Assembly (NCBI GenBank): GCA_965240325.2
Contig: OZ251245.1
Location: forward strand, 496,001 to 560,000
Direction of reading: 5' to 3'
DNA from: Rebecca billardiae RCC1528
Taxonomy: Eukaryota; Protista; Haptophyta
Length of the DNA stretch: 64,000 nucleotides
In this document: positions 34,156 to 45,800 of the stretch, one piece after another
Numbering within the stretch: the first letter of the stretch is position 1
Layout: each line of letters starts with the position of its first letter
Translations under genes and position numbers: made by a program
Notes under the pieces: generated by a model
What the model saw: only the letters and a program-made list of their open reading frames with translations
What the model was told of the DNA's origin: nothing
The model's database searches: none

Positions 34156-36235
34156 ATGGCCGCGACGCGCCGCCCGGCGCTCCGCGGCTTGGCGGCGATG
34201 GCGCTCGCGATGGCGCTGGTCAGGGCTGACGCCGTGTCGTCAGTGCGCCTGCTCCGCCCGCATACTAGCCGCCCTGGCCCCCCGGCCGCGCGGGCGATGC
34301 ACCGCTTGCGCGGCCGGCTCGGCGCCGGCGGGGCGCGCATGCGCGCCGGCCCGGCCGAGGGCACGCGCCCAGCCAGCTGGCTCAGGGCCAGGTCCGCGGA
34401 CGAGGTGGAGGAGGGGCGGGTGGACGAGTCCGCGAGCAAATCGCCAAACACGACCCGCGAGTACCGCGGGGTGACCGACCGCTCCAAGCCCAAGCGCAAG
34501 GTGCGCGGCGCGCGGACGCGCGGACGCGCCGCGCGCTGCCCGCGGGCCCGCGGGCTCTCGCCGAGCGCGGGCTGACGTGCGCGCCGCGCCGATCGCCCGC
34601 GTCGCGGCGTGGCGCGCCCCGCAGGTGCTCGTGTACGTGGGCTTCACCGGCACCAACTACAAGGGCTTTGTGCACCAGGGCGACGGTCCGGAGGTGCCGA
34701 CCGTCGAGCGCGCGCTCTTCGAGGGGCTGCACGCGTGGGGCGCGGTGCTCGACGAGAACTACGCGGGCGGGCTGAGCAAGCTGGGCTGGAGCCGCGCGAG
34801 CCGCACGGACAAGGGCGTGCACGCCGTCGGCGCGGCGTTCTCGTGCAAGCTCCTCCTGCCCGACGAGTACCTCGAGCTCGCGCCCACGGTGCCGTGGGGG
34901 CCGTGGACCAACCCGCTCTCGGCCGGCCGGCCGCGCACCGCCACGCTGGCGGGCGGCAGCGCGAGCGCGCCGGTGAGCGCGGTGCGCGCGGAGGAGCTGG
35001 AGCGGCTGAACGCGCTGCTCCCGCCGGACATCCGCGTGATGTCCATCCAGCGCGTGCGCGGCTCGTTCAAGAGCTACCGCGCGTGCTCTGGGCGGCGGTA
35101 CCAGTACCTGCTGCCTGCGTACGCGCTCGGGCCCGGGGGCGTGGCCGAGCTCAACGACGTGCTCAGGTGCGGCACGCGGCACGCGCCGCGCGCGCGCGCG
35201 AGCGCGGTGGCGTGAGACGCGGCGGCTCACGCACGCCGCCGCGCCGCGCCGCGCCGCGCCGCCCGCGCCAGCGCGTACTGCGGCACGCACACGTTCCACA
35301 ACTTTGCGTCCGGGCTGCGCGCCAAGCCGGACAAGGCGGCGGCGCACCACGCGGAGGCGGCGGCGCGCGGCGTGGAGCTCGAGTGGCCGCTGGCGCTGCA
35401 CCCGAACAAGCCGCCGGAGCAGACGTTCCGCACGATCCTGCGCTGCGAGCTCGACCCCACGCCCGTGCTGCTGCCCGACGGCTGCGCGTACCACGCGGTG
35501 CTCGTGCACGGCGTCTCGTTTGTGTACCACCAGATCCGCTTCATGCTCGGGGGCGCGCTCGCGGTCGTGCACGGGCAGCTGCCGCGCGACGTCTTCGACA
35601 TCGCGCTGAGCTCGCCGTTCCGCGTGGCGTGCGCGCCGCTCGCGCCGGGCGAGGGCCTCGCGCTCGCGCTGTGCGAGTTCTACAACGCCAAGCGCAAGAC
35701 CGAGGAGGCGCCGCTGACCGCGGCCGCGCTCGAGCGCATGGAGGCGTGGTCGCGCGGCCCGCTCGTGCAGCACGTGCACGCCCTCTTCCACGCGAGCGCA
35801 GCGGGGGAGCAGCCGGCCTTCAAGAGCTGGTTCGAGGAGGTGCTGCTGGGCGGTGGCTTCCACGAGCCGGGGCACACGCCCGAACGCTGGGACGCGCTGC
35901 GCGCCGACTTTGCGCGCTGGAGCGCGATGATGGACGCGCGCAAGGCGGAGCGGCCGGCGGGCCGCCGGCCCAACTCGCCGCTGGGCAGCGGCGTGCGGCT
36001 GCTGCCCAACGGGGTGTACACGCAGGTCGGCGTCGAGTTCAAGCTGCTGCCCGGACCGGAGCTCGAGCGGCTGATGGCGCGGCTGATCCGCGGCGTCGAG
36101 TCGGGCGAGCTCCCGCCGAACCGCTCGGTCGAGTACTACCTCGCGCTGCTGCGCCGCGAGGAGGCGGGCGGCGCGGCCACGGGCCTGCCGCGCGCCGCGC
36201 CGGCGACGAACGCGGCCGACGCCTACGAGCAGTGA
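34156..36235 (+). CDS. tRNA pseudouridine synthase, TruA/PUS1 family; introns 34501-34624, 35167-35271
   Basis: KRK|VLVYVGFTGTNYKG, SRTDKGVHA (catalytic Asp), RRYQYLLP, YCGTHTFHNF, GVSFVYHQIRFMLG, APGEGLAL. Confidence 0.9.
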
Positions 36236-36707
36236 GCGTCGGAGCACCCGAGGCCACGCTGGCATCGCCCGGACGCGAGAAGGGCGCGCGCCGCCGGCGT
36301 GCCGCCGCATCGCGCGCGGCCACCCGTGGGCGATGCCGATGGAGTGAGAGGAGATGACTACTGGCAGTCGTAACCCGTAACCGTTTGTCACTTCCAGTCG
36401 GTAGTCTGTGGTCGCGAGCCCCGCTCGCATTGGTTGTTCTGTAAGAACAAGCATGCGAGCGGAGCGAGTTTTCCGGTAGGACACGCGAAGTCCGGTGATT
36501 CTTACAAAGTTGATGGCCTTCCAATAGGTATCCCGAGGAATACAGTTTAGTCAGATCCCAATTGGGGCCAACGGTTTTTTCGTGCAATCTGTCAGCAGTC
36601 GACTCGAGCCCCCAGCTACGTCCGCGGTAACAGCAAGAGATGTGATGATGATGCGGTGATTCAAGGGATGGAGTAGCTACTGTACGGTCAGGGGCTGCCT
36701 TGGTGCG

Positions 36708-36924
36708 GTACCGCTTACATGTGTACTGGGCGCAAACTGATCAAGTTCTGAACCGATGATGAACCAAAAGGACCATCTTTGGATGAACAGCTTGCTGATG
36801 ACACACGGAAGCCGATGATGAATCATGGCAGTACCGCTTACATGTACTGGGCACCAACTGATCAAGTTCTGAACCGATGATGAACAGCTGCTGATGATGA
36901 ACACACGGAAGCCGATGAATCATG
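36708..36924. repeat. Two-copy ~95-123-bp tandem repeat
   Basis: gtaccgcttacat..actgatcaagttctgaaccgatgatgaac..acacacggaagccgatga at 36708 and 36831. Confidence 0.85.
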
Positions 36925-36929
36925 AAAGG

Positions 36930-38874
36930 CGAAAGCGACTAATAAGCGAGCCTCCCCGTATGCTTCCAACCGGTTCCTCCCGGTTTAGCTTGGAAACCGG
37001 TCAACATGAAGCTGGAGAGAGCAAGGACCAGTGAAGGTGCTTCACACTGCTTTCAGCTTCCTCTCGGTTGCTTCCGGTTCCTCCCGGTTCGGCACATGAA
37101 GCTGGAGAGAGCAAGGACCAGTGAAGGTGCTTTACACTGCTTTCAGCTTCCTCTCGGTTGCTTCCGGCGGTTCCTCACGGTTCGGCAAGAGAGCAAGGAC
37201 CGCCTTGCTCCGGCCACGAAGGTGCTTCAGCCTCCTCCGGTTGCTCGCTCCCTTCATGAGATCGGTGCGCAGTGATGATGAGCTGGAGTGATGAATGAGC
37301 TGAGGAAGCCGGACAACACCAAACAAGCAGTGCCGGACCGCCCCGGGCCGGGATGCGGGATCGCGGGCGCCCTCGCCAAAGGCGCGCGCTCCTTGCGGCC
37401 GCGGATCTCCCAGTGGATGCGGCGCGTGGTCGGTGCCAAGGCGCATGCGGCAGGTCGGTGCCAAGGCGCATGCGGCATACGTGAACCGCACCCCGGCTGC
37501 TCGCCGAACCCGGCGCCGTGACCGCTCGGCGCACCGCGTGCGCGTGCGGCTCGCAGGATGCAGCAGCTTCGGGAGGTGTCGCATCGCAGTGCCTGCTGCT
37601 TCCAGCTGCTGCTTCTTCACAGGCTTGAGGCTGCTCGCACGACCATCTCGCCGCGACTGCTCCGCAAACCGCTGGAGGCACCGTCGCACAGCTTGGCCCT
37701 GCCCGCGCGGAGTCCGAGTGACCGTGAGTCCGCGCCGCGGGAGTCTGCCGAGGACTGCTCCGGCCCGCGGGCTTGGCGACTGAGACTGGCTTAGCTGCTT
37801 CCTCCTATCGAAGACAGCAGCTCTGCTACTTATAGCTAACAGTCAGCACTAGTATCGACTACATATATAGTTCACATATTTCAGCGCATCCAAACGTCCA
37901 ACCAACATCAGGCCCTATCAGCCGCGGCGCCGTTGCCGCCGAGCTCGGCGCCGCGTTCATCGAAAGCGACTAATAAGCGAGCCTCCCCGTATGCTTCCGG
38001 TTCCTCCCGGTTGCTTGGAAACCGGTCAACATGAAGCTGGAGAGAGCAAGGACCAGTGAAGGTGCTTTATAATATCATACACTGCTTTCAGCTTCCTCTC
38101 GGTTGCTTCCGGTTCCTCACGGTTCGGCACATGAAGCTGGAGAGAGCAAGGACCAGTGAAGGTGCTTCACACTGCTTTCAGCTTCCTCTCGGTTGCTTCC
38201 GGTTCCTCACGGTTCGGCACATGAAGCTGGAGAGAGCAAGGACCAGTGAAGGTGCTTTACACTGCTTTCAGCTTCCTCTCGGTTGCTTCCGGTTCCTCAC
38301 GGTTCGGCACATGAAGCTGGAGAGAGCAAGGACCAGTGAAGGTGCTTTACACTGCTTTCAGCTTCCTCTCGGTTGCTTCCGGTTCCTCACGGTTCGGCAA
38401 GAGAGAGAGCAAGGACCCGTGACTAGGTGCTTCAGCTTCGTCCTCCGTTGCTCGCTCCCTTCAAGAGATCGGGGTGAAGGAGTGAGGACTGTGATGATGT
38501 CATGATGCTGAGGAAGCCGGACAAACACCAAGCAAGCAGTGCCGGACCGCCCCGGCCGGCGGTGCGGAAGCACTGCGCAGGCGGGTCTACGATGCTTCGC
38601 CCTCGCCAAGGCGCGCACTTCTTGCGGCCGCAGATCTCCCAGTGGATGCGGCGCGTGGTCGGTGCCAAGGCGTGCGGAATAGTGTGTGCCCCTCGTACCT
38701 GAACCTCACCCCGGCTGCTCGCCGGACCCAGCGCCATGACCGCTGCGCGCACCGCGTGCGCGTGCGGCTCGCAGTCGCGGACGCTTCGTCCGCAAACCGC
38801 GGGCGGTCAGAAGGATGCAGCAGCTTCGGGAGGTGCCGCATCGGAGTGCCTGCTGCTTCGAGCTGCTGCTTCTT
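36930..38874. repeat. Duplicated ~0.7-0.9-kb unit (36930-37617 and 37961-38874) carrying a 90-bp minisatellite (2 and 4 copies)
   Basis: Both copies start cgaaagcgactaataagcgagcctcccc and end gctgctgcttctt. The 90-mer atgaagctggagagagcaaggacc.. occurs at 37006, 37096, 38031, 38131, 38221 and 38311. Confidence 0.88.
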
Positions 38875-38877
38875 GCT

Positions 38878-39172
38878 TCTCCCACCACCTGCGAGCACTC
38901 CCACCACCTGCGCGCTTGCTTCTGCTTGCTTCTCCCCGACCACCTGCGCGCTTGTTTCTTGCGTGCAGCAGCCACCATACCGCATGCACGCAGCAGTACC
39001 ACACCATGCGCACAACAGTGCCATACCATGCGCGCAGCAGTACCGCCAGTACCATACCATCATGCGTGCAGCAGTACCATACCATGCACGCGGCAGTACC
39101 ATACCACTTGCGCGCAGCACGGTACCGCCAGTACTCTGTCACTACTGTCGTACCATCATGCGTGCAGCAGTA
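38878..39172. repeat. Degenerate short tandem repeats (ccacctgcgcgctt; gcagtaccataccatgcgc)
   Basis: Repeated motifs are directly visible. Confidence 0.75.
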
Positions 39173-39867
39173 TTGATGAAGTCGTGGTGGCCTGTGTGGC
39201 GCGCGGCGCTGACGGTCACAGAGCGGCCAGCGGGGCGAGCCCTGCATTCCGGTAGGACCGGGGTGAATGCAGCATTGCCGGGTGCAACCCGGCAATGCCC
39301 GCCTGAATGGTAGTCAAGTAGTAGCGACCGGTAATCGTGTCGTCATAATAATTTCATCAAGCAGCCGAGATTTTATAGTATCTTCTTAGACGATCGGGCA
39401 CTGCCGCCGACGAATTATCATAGGAGATCTGCGTCGTCCTGGTTGTGTCGTTTGAACAATAATGACGATGGTTAAAGAGCATGACTATTTATAGCTCGTC
39501 GGCGGAGGTGTGGCCGATATCTCACTAATCTCAGGATGGGTATCAGATAACGGCAATCCAATCATAGATGAATATGATTACGCCCATTCCCGGCCACCCG
39601 TCCCGGTCGGGCTGATAGCCACGGCACTGCTCACCACCACCCTCTACTACTGAATCTGGTTACCGGGCCGTTTCGGCGAATCGGCATACGTACCCATACC
39701 CCCATACTGTTCATGGGCGGTGACAGTTGGCGGGCGTCAATCGCGCCTGCCTTGAGCTGTGTGCGTCTCTTATTCTTAGTAAACTGTCTGTACGTGGTAA
39801 TGTACCAGTAGCTGGCTGGCAGACTCATCCTGTTGCGTGACGCGGCGGGCACCAGCTCTCAACACAC

Positions 39868-42800
39868 ATGGTGGGGGCCGCGCTAGGTCTGCTCGCGCTC
39901 GCGGTGCCACACCCGGGCGTGCTCGTGCGAGTGGCCGGGGCAGGTGCACTCGTGCAGCTTGGCTGCGGCTACGAGCACACCTGCGTGATCTTCTCCGGTG
40001 GCGAGATCAAATGGTGAGCCGCGCGACGCCGGGCGCCCGATGATCACTGCTCCCCGCCTCTCGGCGGACGCGCACCCTGGCACGCTGACCCCGGCGCTGC
40101 GCGCGCTCGCGCCGCCCGTGGTACCCAGCTTTGGCGCTGGAAGCTCAGGTCGCCTCGGCTATGACGACACCGCCAACCGCGGCGATGCGCCCAACGAGCT
40201 TGGCCTCAATCTGCCGGCCATCTCGCTGCCCACGGCGACCACAGCCAGCTCCGTCAGTGGCGGCTACCTGCACACGTGCGCGGTTCTGTCGGACTCGACC
40301 GTGCGATGGTGTGTGCACCGAGCCGCCGCCACGTTCTGCCTCGCGCGCCTCTCACGCGGGCCCCGCGCCTGCGCGTGCACCGTGACGCCGCGCGTCCCGC
40401 CCCGTCCCCCTCCGCTTCTCGCCTGCGTGCTGAGCAGCTGGGGCGACAACACGTACGGCCAGCTCGGGACCGGCGACAACACCGACGCTGGCGATGGCGT
40501 CGGCCGAGCGATGGGCAACACGCTCGTCGCCGCCAACCTCGGCGGCTCAGCCACTCCGCACGAGGTGAAGTGCGGGTACGAGCACACGTGCGTGCGCACG
40601 ACCATCAGCTCAGTCGTGGGCATCCAGTGCTTCGGCCGTGGCGGCAGCGGCCAGCTGGGCAGCGAGTCGACGGCCAATGCGAACGCTGCGGGCTCGCACC
40701 TCGACTTCGGCGCGGGGCTGACCCTCGGCACCACCTGGGACGTGCACTTGGGCGACCACGGCTGCGTGCTCTTCACCGACAGCACGCTCAAATGGTGCGC
40801 ACCCGCCCGCACGGCCGTCGCTCGGGAGGGAGGAGGAGCGTTGCGCCCCGTGGCCCCGTGGCCGATGCAGCGCTGAGTGACGGCTGGCGGCCAACACAGG
40901 CGGGCATGCCCGCGGGCGTGCCGCGGCGACGAGCCGCGGGGGTCGGCCCTGCGCGCCGCGTGCGCGTCTGAGGAGAAGCCCTGCCCCGCACCCGCACGCA
41001 CGCGCCGACCCACCCTGCTGCCGCCGCGCGCAGCTGGGGCCTCAACGGCAATGGGCAGCTGGGCGTGGGCAACACGAACAACTACGGCGCAGGCGCAAGC
41101 ACGATGGGCGACAGCCTGCCCGCCGTGACCACGGGCGGCACGCCGGCCGAGGTGTCCGTGGGCAAGGAGCACTCGTGCGCGCGGCACACAGACGACACGC
41201 TCGTGTGCTGGGGTCAGGATGACCGCGGACGGCTCGGCACGGGCACCAACAGCGACGTGAATGACCCGTCGTCCACCTCGCTGTTCGGCATGGGGACGGG
41301 GCTGAGCGCGGCGTCGCTCCGTCTGGGGGACCAGCACTCGTGCGCCGTGCTGGCGAATAGCGTGCTTAAGTGGTGCGCGCGCAGCGCCTGGCCCGCGCGC
41401 ACGCCCGTCCACGCTGCGCCGAGCCCGCTCATCGCGGGCGCACCGTGTCCGCTCGCCGCGTGTCGCGCTCGCAGTTGGGGCAGGGGCTCAGATGGCCAGA
41501 ACGGCGCTGGCGACGGCAACAACCGCGGCGGCAGCCTGAGCGACATGGGCGACGCGCTGCTGCCTGTGCAGCTGGGCAGCGGGCGCACGGTGAGCGCGCT
41601 GGGCACGGGCGGCGATTTCACCTGCGCGATTCTCGACAACAACGACTTCAAATGGTGTGAGCGTTGATTCAGCGTGGCGCTGCGCGCGCGCGCGCGCACT
41701 GCAGCCAGCCGGGCACGGGCGGGCGAGCGATGAGGCTCACGGCACGCGCCCACCCGCACGCACCGCGCACCGCGCCGCGTGCGCCACGCGCGCGCGCCCG
41801 CAGCTACGGCCTCGGCACCTCGGCGAACGGCCAGCTGGGGTATGGCGACGCTGTGACCCGGGGAACGACGGCGGCCAACATGGGCGACGGCCTGCCTGCC
41901 ATCTCGCTCGAGGCACCGTCGCCGCCGTCGCCGCCGCCTTCTCCGCCGCCTTCTCCGCCGCCGCCTTCGCCGCCGCCGAGCCCGCCACCGAGCCCGCCGC
42001 CGCCCTCTCCGCCGCCGAGCCCGCCGCCGAGCCCGCCGCCGTCGCCGCCACCGAGCCCGCCACCAAGCCCGCCCCCGTTGCCACCACCAAGCCCGCCGCC
42101 GAGCCCGCCGCCACCAAGCCCGCCGCCGTCGCCGCCGCCCTCCCCGCCGCCCTCCCCGCCGCCAAGCCCACCCCCGAGCCCGCCGCCCTCCCCACCGCCA
42201 AGCCCTCCTCCAAGCCCGCCACCCTCGCCGCCGCCCAGCCCGCCGCCGTCGCCACCGCCGTCTCCCCCGCCTCCGAGGCCTCCGCCATCGCCGCCACCAA
42301 TCCCGAGCCCGCCGCCGTCACCGCCACCATCGCCGCCGCCATCGCCGCCGCCATCGCCACCGCCCTCCCCGCCACCAAGCCCGCCGCCGAGCCCGCCGCC
42401 GAGCCCGCCGCCGAGCCCGCCGCCGTCGCCACCGCCGAGCCCGCCGCCGCCCTCGCCGCCGCCATCGCCACCGCCGAGCCCGCCGCCGTCGCCGCCGCCG
42501 AGCCCGCCGCCACGCCCGCCGCCATCTCCGCCGCCAAGCCCGCCGCCGCCATCCCCACCTCCAAGCCCTCCGCCGTCCCCGCCACCATCGCCACCGCCGA
42601 GCCCACCACCGTCGCCGCCACCGAGCCCGCCGCCACCATCCCCCCCACCGAGCCCACCTCCACGCCCCCCGCCGTCGCCGCCGCCGAGCCCGCCTCCAAG
42701 CCCGCCGCCGTCGCCACCCCCGAGCCCGCCGCCGCCGAGCCCGCCGCCCTCGCCACCGCCAAGCCCACCGCCCTCGCCACCACCGAGCCCGCCACCACCT

Positions 42801-45800
42801 TCGCCACCTCCGAGCCCGCCACCCTCGCCGCCGCCCTCGCCGCCGCCGAGCCCGCCGCCCTCGCCACCGCCCTCGCCACCGCCGAGCCCGCCGCCGCCGA
42901 GCCCGCCGCCGTCGCCACCGCCGTCACCACCGCCGTCGCCGCCGCCCTCGCCACCGCCGTCGCCACCGCCCTCACCGCCGCCGAGCCCACCGCCGAGCCC
43001 GCCGCCACCATCGCCGCCGCCAAGCCCTCCGCCCTCACCACCGCCGTCACCACCGCCGAGCCCGCCACCATCGCCACCACCGAGGCCGCCGCCGAGCCCG
43101 CCGCCGAGCCCGCCGCCAAGCCCGCCGCCTTCGCCTCCGCCGAGCCCGCCGCCGAGCCCGCCGCCGCCCTCGCCGCCACCAAGCCCCCCGCCCTCACCAC
43201 CACCGTCACCACCACCGAGCCCGCCACCGTCGCCACCACCAAGCCCGCCGCCGAGCCCGCCGCCAAGCCCACCACCAAGCCCGCCGCCCTCACCGCCGCC
43301 GAGCCCACCACCGAGCCCACCGCCACCATCGCCGCCGCCAAGCCCTCCGCCCTCACCACCGCCGTCACCACCGCCGAGCCCGCCACCGTCGCCACCACCG
43401 AGCCCGCCGCCAAGCCCGCCGCCCTCACCGCCGCCAAGCCCGCCGCCCTCACCGCCGCCAAGCCCACCACCGAGCCCACCCCCGCCAAGCCCACCTCCAA
43501 GCCCGCCGCCATCGCCTCCGCCGTCACCACCACCCTCGCCGCCTCCATCGCCACCGCCGAGCCCGCCACCGTCGCCACCGCCAAGCCCGCCGCCGAGCCC
43601 GCCCCCGTCACCACCGCCGAGCCCGCCGCCGAGCCCACCGCCGCCATTGCCGCCACCAAGCCCTCCGCCGTCACCACCGCCGTCACCACCGCCAAGCCCA
43701 CCACCGTCGCCACCACCGCGCCCGCCGCCGAGCCCGCCGCCCTCACCGCCGCCAAGCCCGCCGCCCTCACCGCCGCCAAGCCCACCACCGAGCCCACCCC
43801 CGCCAAGCCCACCTCCAAGCCCGCCGCCATCGCCTCCGCCGTCGCCACCACCCTCGCCGCCTCCATCGCCACCACCGAGCCCTCCACCGTCGCCACCGCC
43901 AAGCCCGCCACCGAGCCCGCCCCCCTCACCACCGCCGAGCCCGCCGCCGAGCCCGCCGCCGCCATTGCCGCCACCAAGCCCTCCGCCGTCACCACCGCCG
44001 TCACCACCGCCGAGCCCGCCACCGTCGCCACCACCGAGCCCGCCGCCGAGCCCGCCGCCAAGCCCGCCACCAAGCCCGCCGCCGTCGCCTCCGCCTTCAC
44101 CACCGCCGTCACCGCCACCCAGGCCACCTCCGAGCCCGCCGCCCTCGCCGCCGCCCTCGCCGCCGCCCAGCCCGCCGCCCTCGCCACCGCCATCGCCACC
44201 GCCGAGCCCGCCGCCACCGAGCCCGCCGCCGTTGCCGCCGCCGTTGCCGCCGCCCTCGCCGCCGCCCTCGCCGCCACCGTCGCCACCGCCCTCACCGCCG
44301 CCGAGCCCACCGCCGAGCCCGCCGCCGCCCGCGCCACCACCTTCGCCCCCGCCGAGGCCGCCGCCCAGCCCGCCGCCAAGCCCGCCACCGTCGCCGCCGC
44401 CGAGCCCACCGCCGAGCCCGCCGCCGAGCCCACCGCCACCATCGCCGCCACCAAGTCCTCCGCCCTCACCACCGCCCTCGCCACCGCCGAGCCCGCCACC
44501 ATCGCCACCACCGAGCCCGCCACCGAGCCCGCCGCCCTCACCGCCGCCAAGCCCACCGCCCTCGCCGCCGCCGAGCCCGCCGCCGAGCCCGCCCCCGCCG
44601 AGCCCGCCACCAAGCCCGCCGCCATCGCCTCCGCCGTCCCCGCCGCCCTCGCCGCCACCATCGCCACCGCCGAGCCCGCCACCGTCCCCGCCGCCAAGCC
44701 CGCCGCCACCTAGCCCGCCGCCATCACCACCGCCACGCCCGCCACCGAGCCCGCCACCAAGCCCACCCCCTAGCCCGCCCCCAAGCCCACCGCCCTCGCC
44801 TCCGCCGAGCCCGCCGCCCTCGCCGCCACCAAGTCCACCACCGAGCCCACCACCGAGCCCGCCGCCTCCGAGCCCGCCGCCAAGCCCGCCACCGTCGCCA
44901 CCGCCGAGTCCGCCGCCGTCACCACCACCGTCACCACCGCCCTCGCCGCCGCCCTCGCCACCGCCGAGCCCGCCGCCGCCGAGCCCGCCACCGTCACCAC
45001 CGCCTTCGCCGCCGCCTTCGCCACCGCCAAGCCCGCCCCCCTCACCGCCGCCATCGCCGCCGCCATCGCCACCGCCAAGTCCGCCGCCCTCGCCGCCGCC
45101 GAGCCCGCCGCCCTCGCCGCCACCGTCTCCGCCGCCGCCGAGCCCGCCCCCGAGCCCGCCGCCGAGCCCACCGCCGAGCCCGCCGCCGAGCCCGCCGCCG
45201 TCGCCACCGCCGAGCCCGCCGCCGTCGCCACCGCCGAGCCCGCCACCGCCCTCTCCGCCGCCCAGCCCACCGCCCAGCCCGCCTCCGTCGCCGCCGCCGA
45301 GCCCGCCGCCAAGCCCGCCACCGTCGCCACCGCCCAGCCCGCCGCCATCACCGCCACCCTCGCCGCCGCCCTCGCCGCCGCCCTCGCCACCGCCGAGCCC
45401 GCCGCCGCCGAGCCCGCCGCCGAGCCCGCCGCCGAGCCCGCCGCCTTCGCCACCGCCAAGCCCGCCGCCCTCGCCGCCGCCCTCGCCGCCACCCTCGCCC
45501 CCGCCGAGCCCGCCGCCCTCGCCGCCGCCCTCACCGCCACCCTCGCCGCCACCGTCGCCGCCGCCGCCGAGCCCGCCCCCGAGCCCGCCGCCGAGCCCAC
45601 CGCCGAGCCCGCCGCCGAGCCCGCCGCCGTCGCCACCGCCGAGCCCGCCGCCGTCGCCACCGCCGAGCCCGCCACCACCCTCTCCGCCGCCCAGCCCACC
45701 GCCCAGCCCGCCTCCGTCGCCGCCGCCGAGCCCGCCGCCAAGCCCCCCACCGTCGCCACCGCCCAGCCCGCCGCCATCACCGCCACCCTCGCCGCCGCCC

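Noticed and set aside
37006-38399. CRISPR-like array, or a 30-aa repeat protein (HMKLERARTSEG..)
   Set aside because: The monomers are contiguous with no unique spacers, there are no cas genes, the context is eukaryotic, and an indel breaks the frame.
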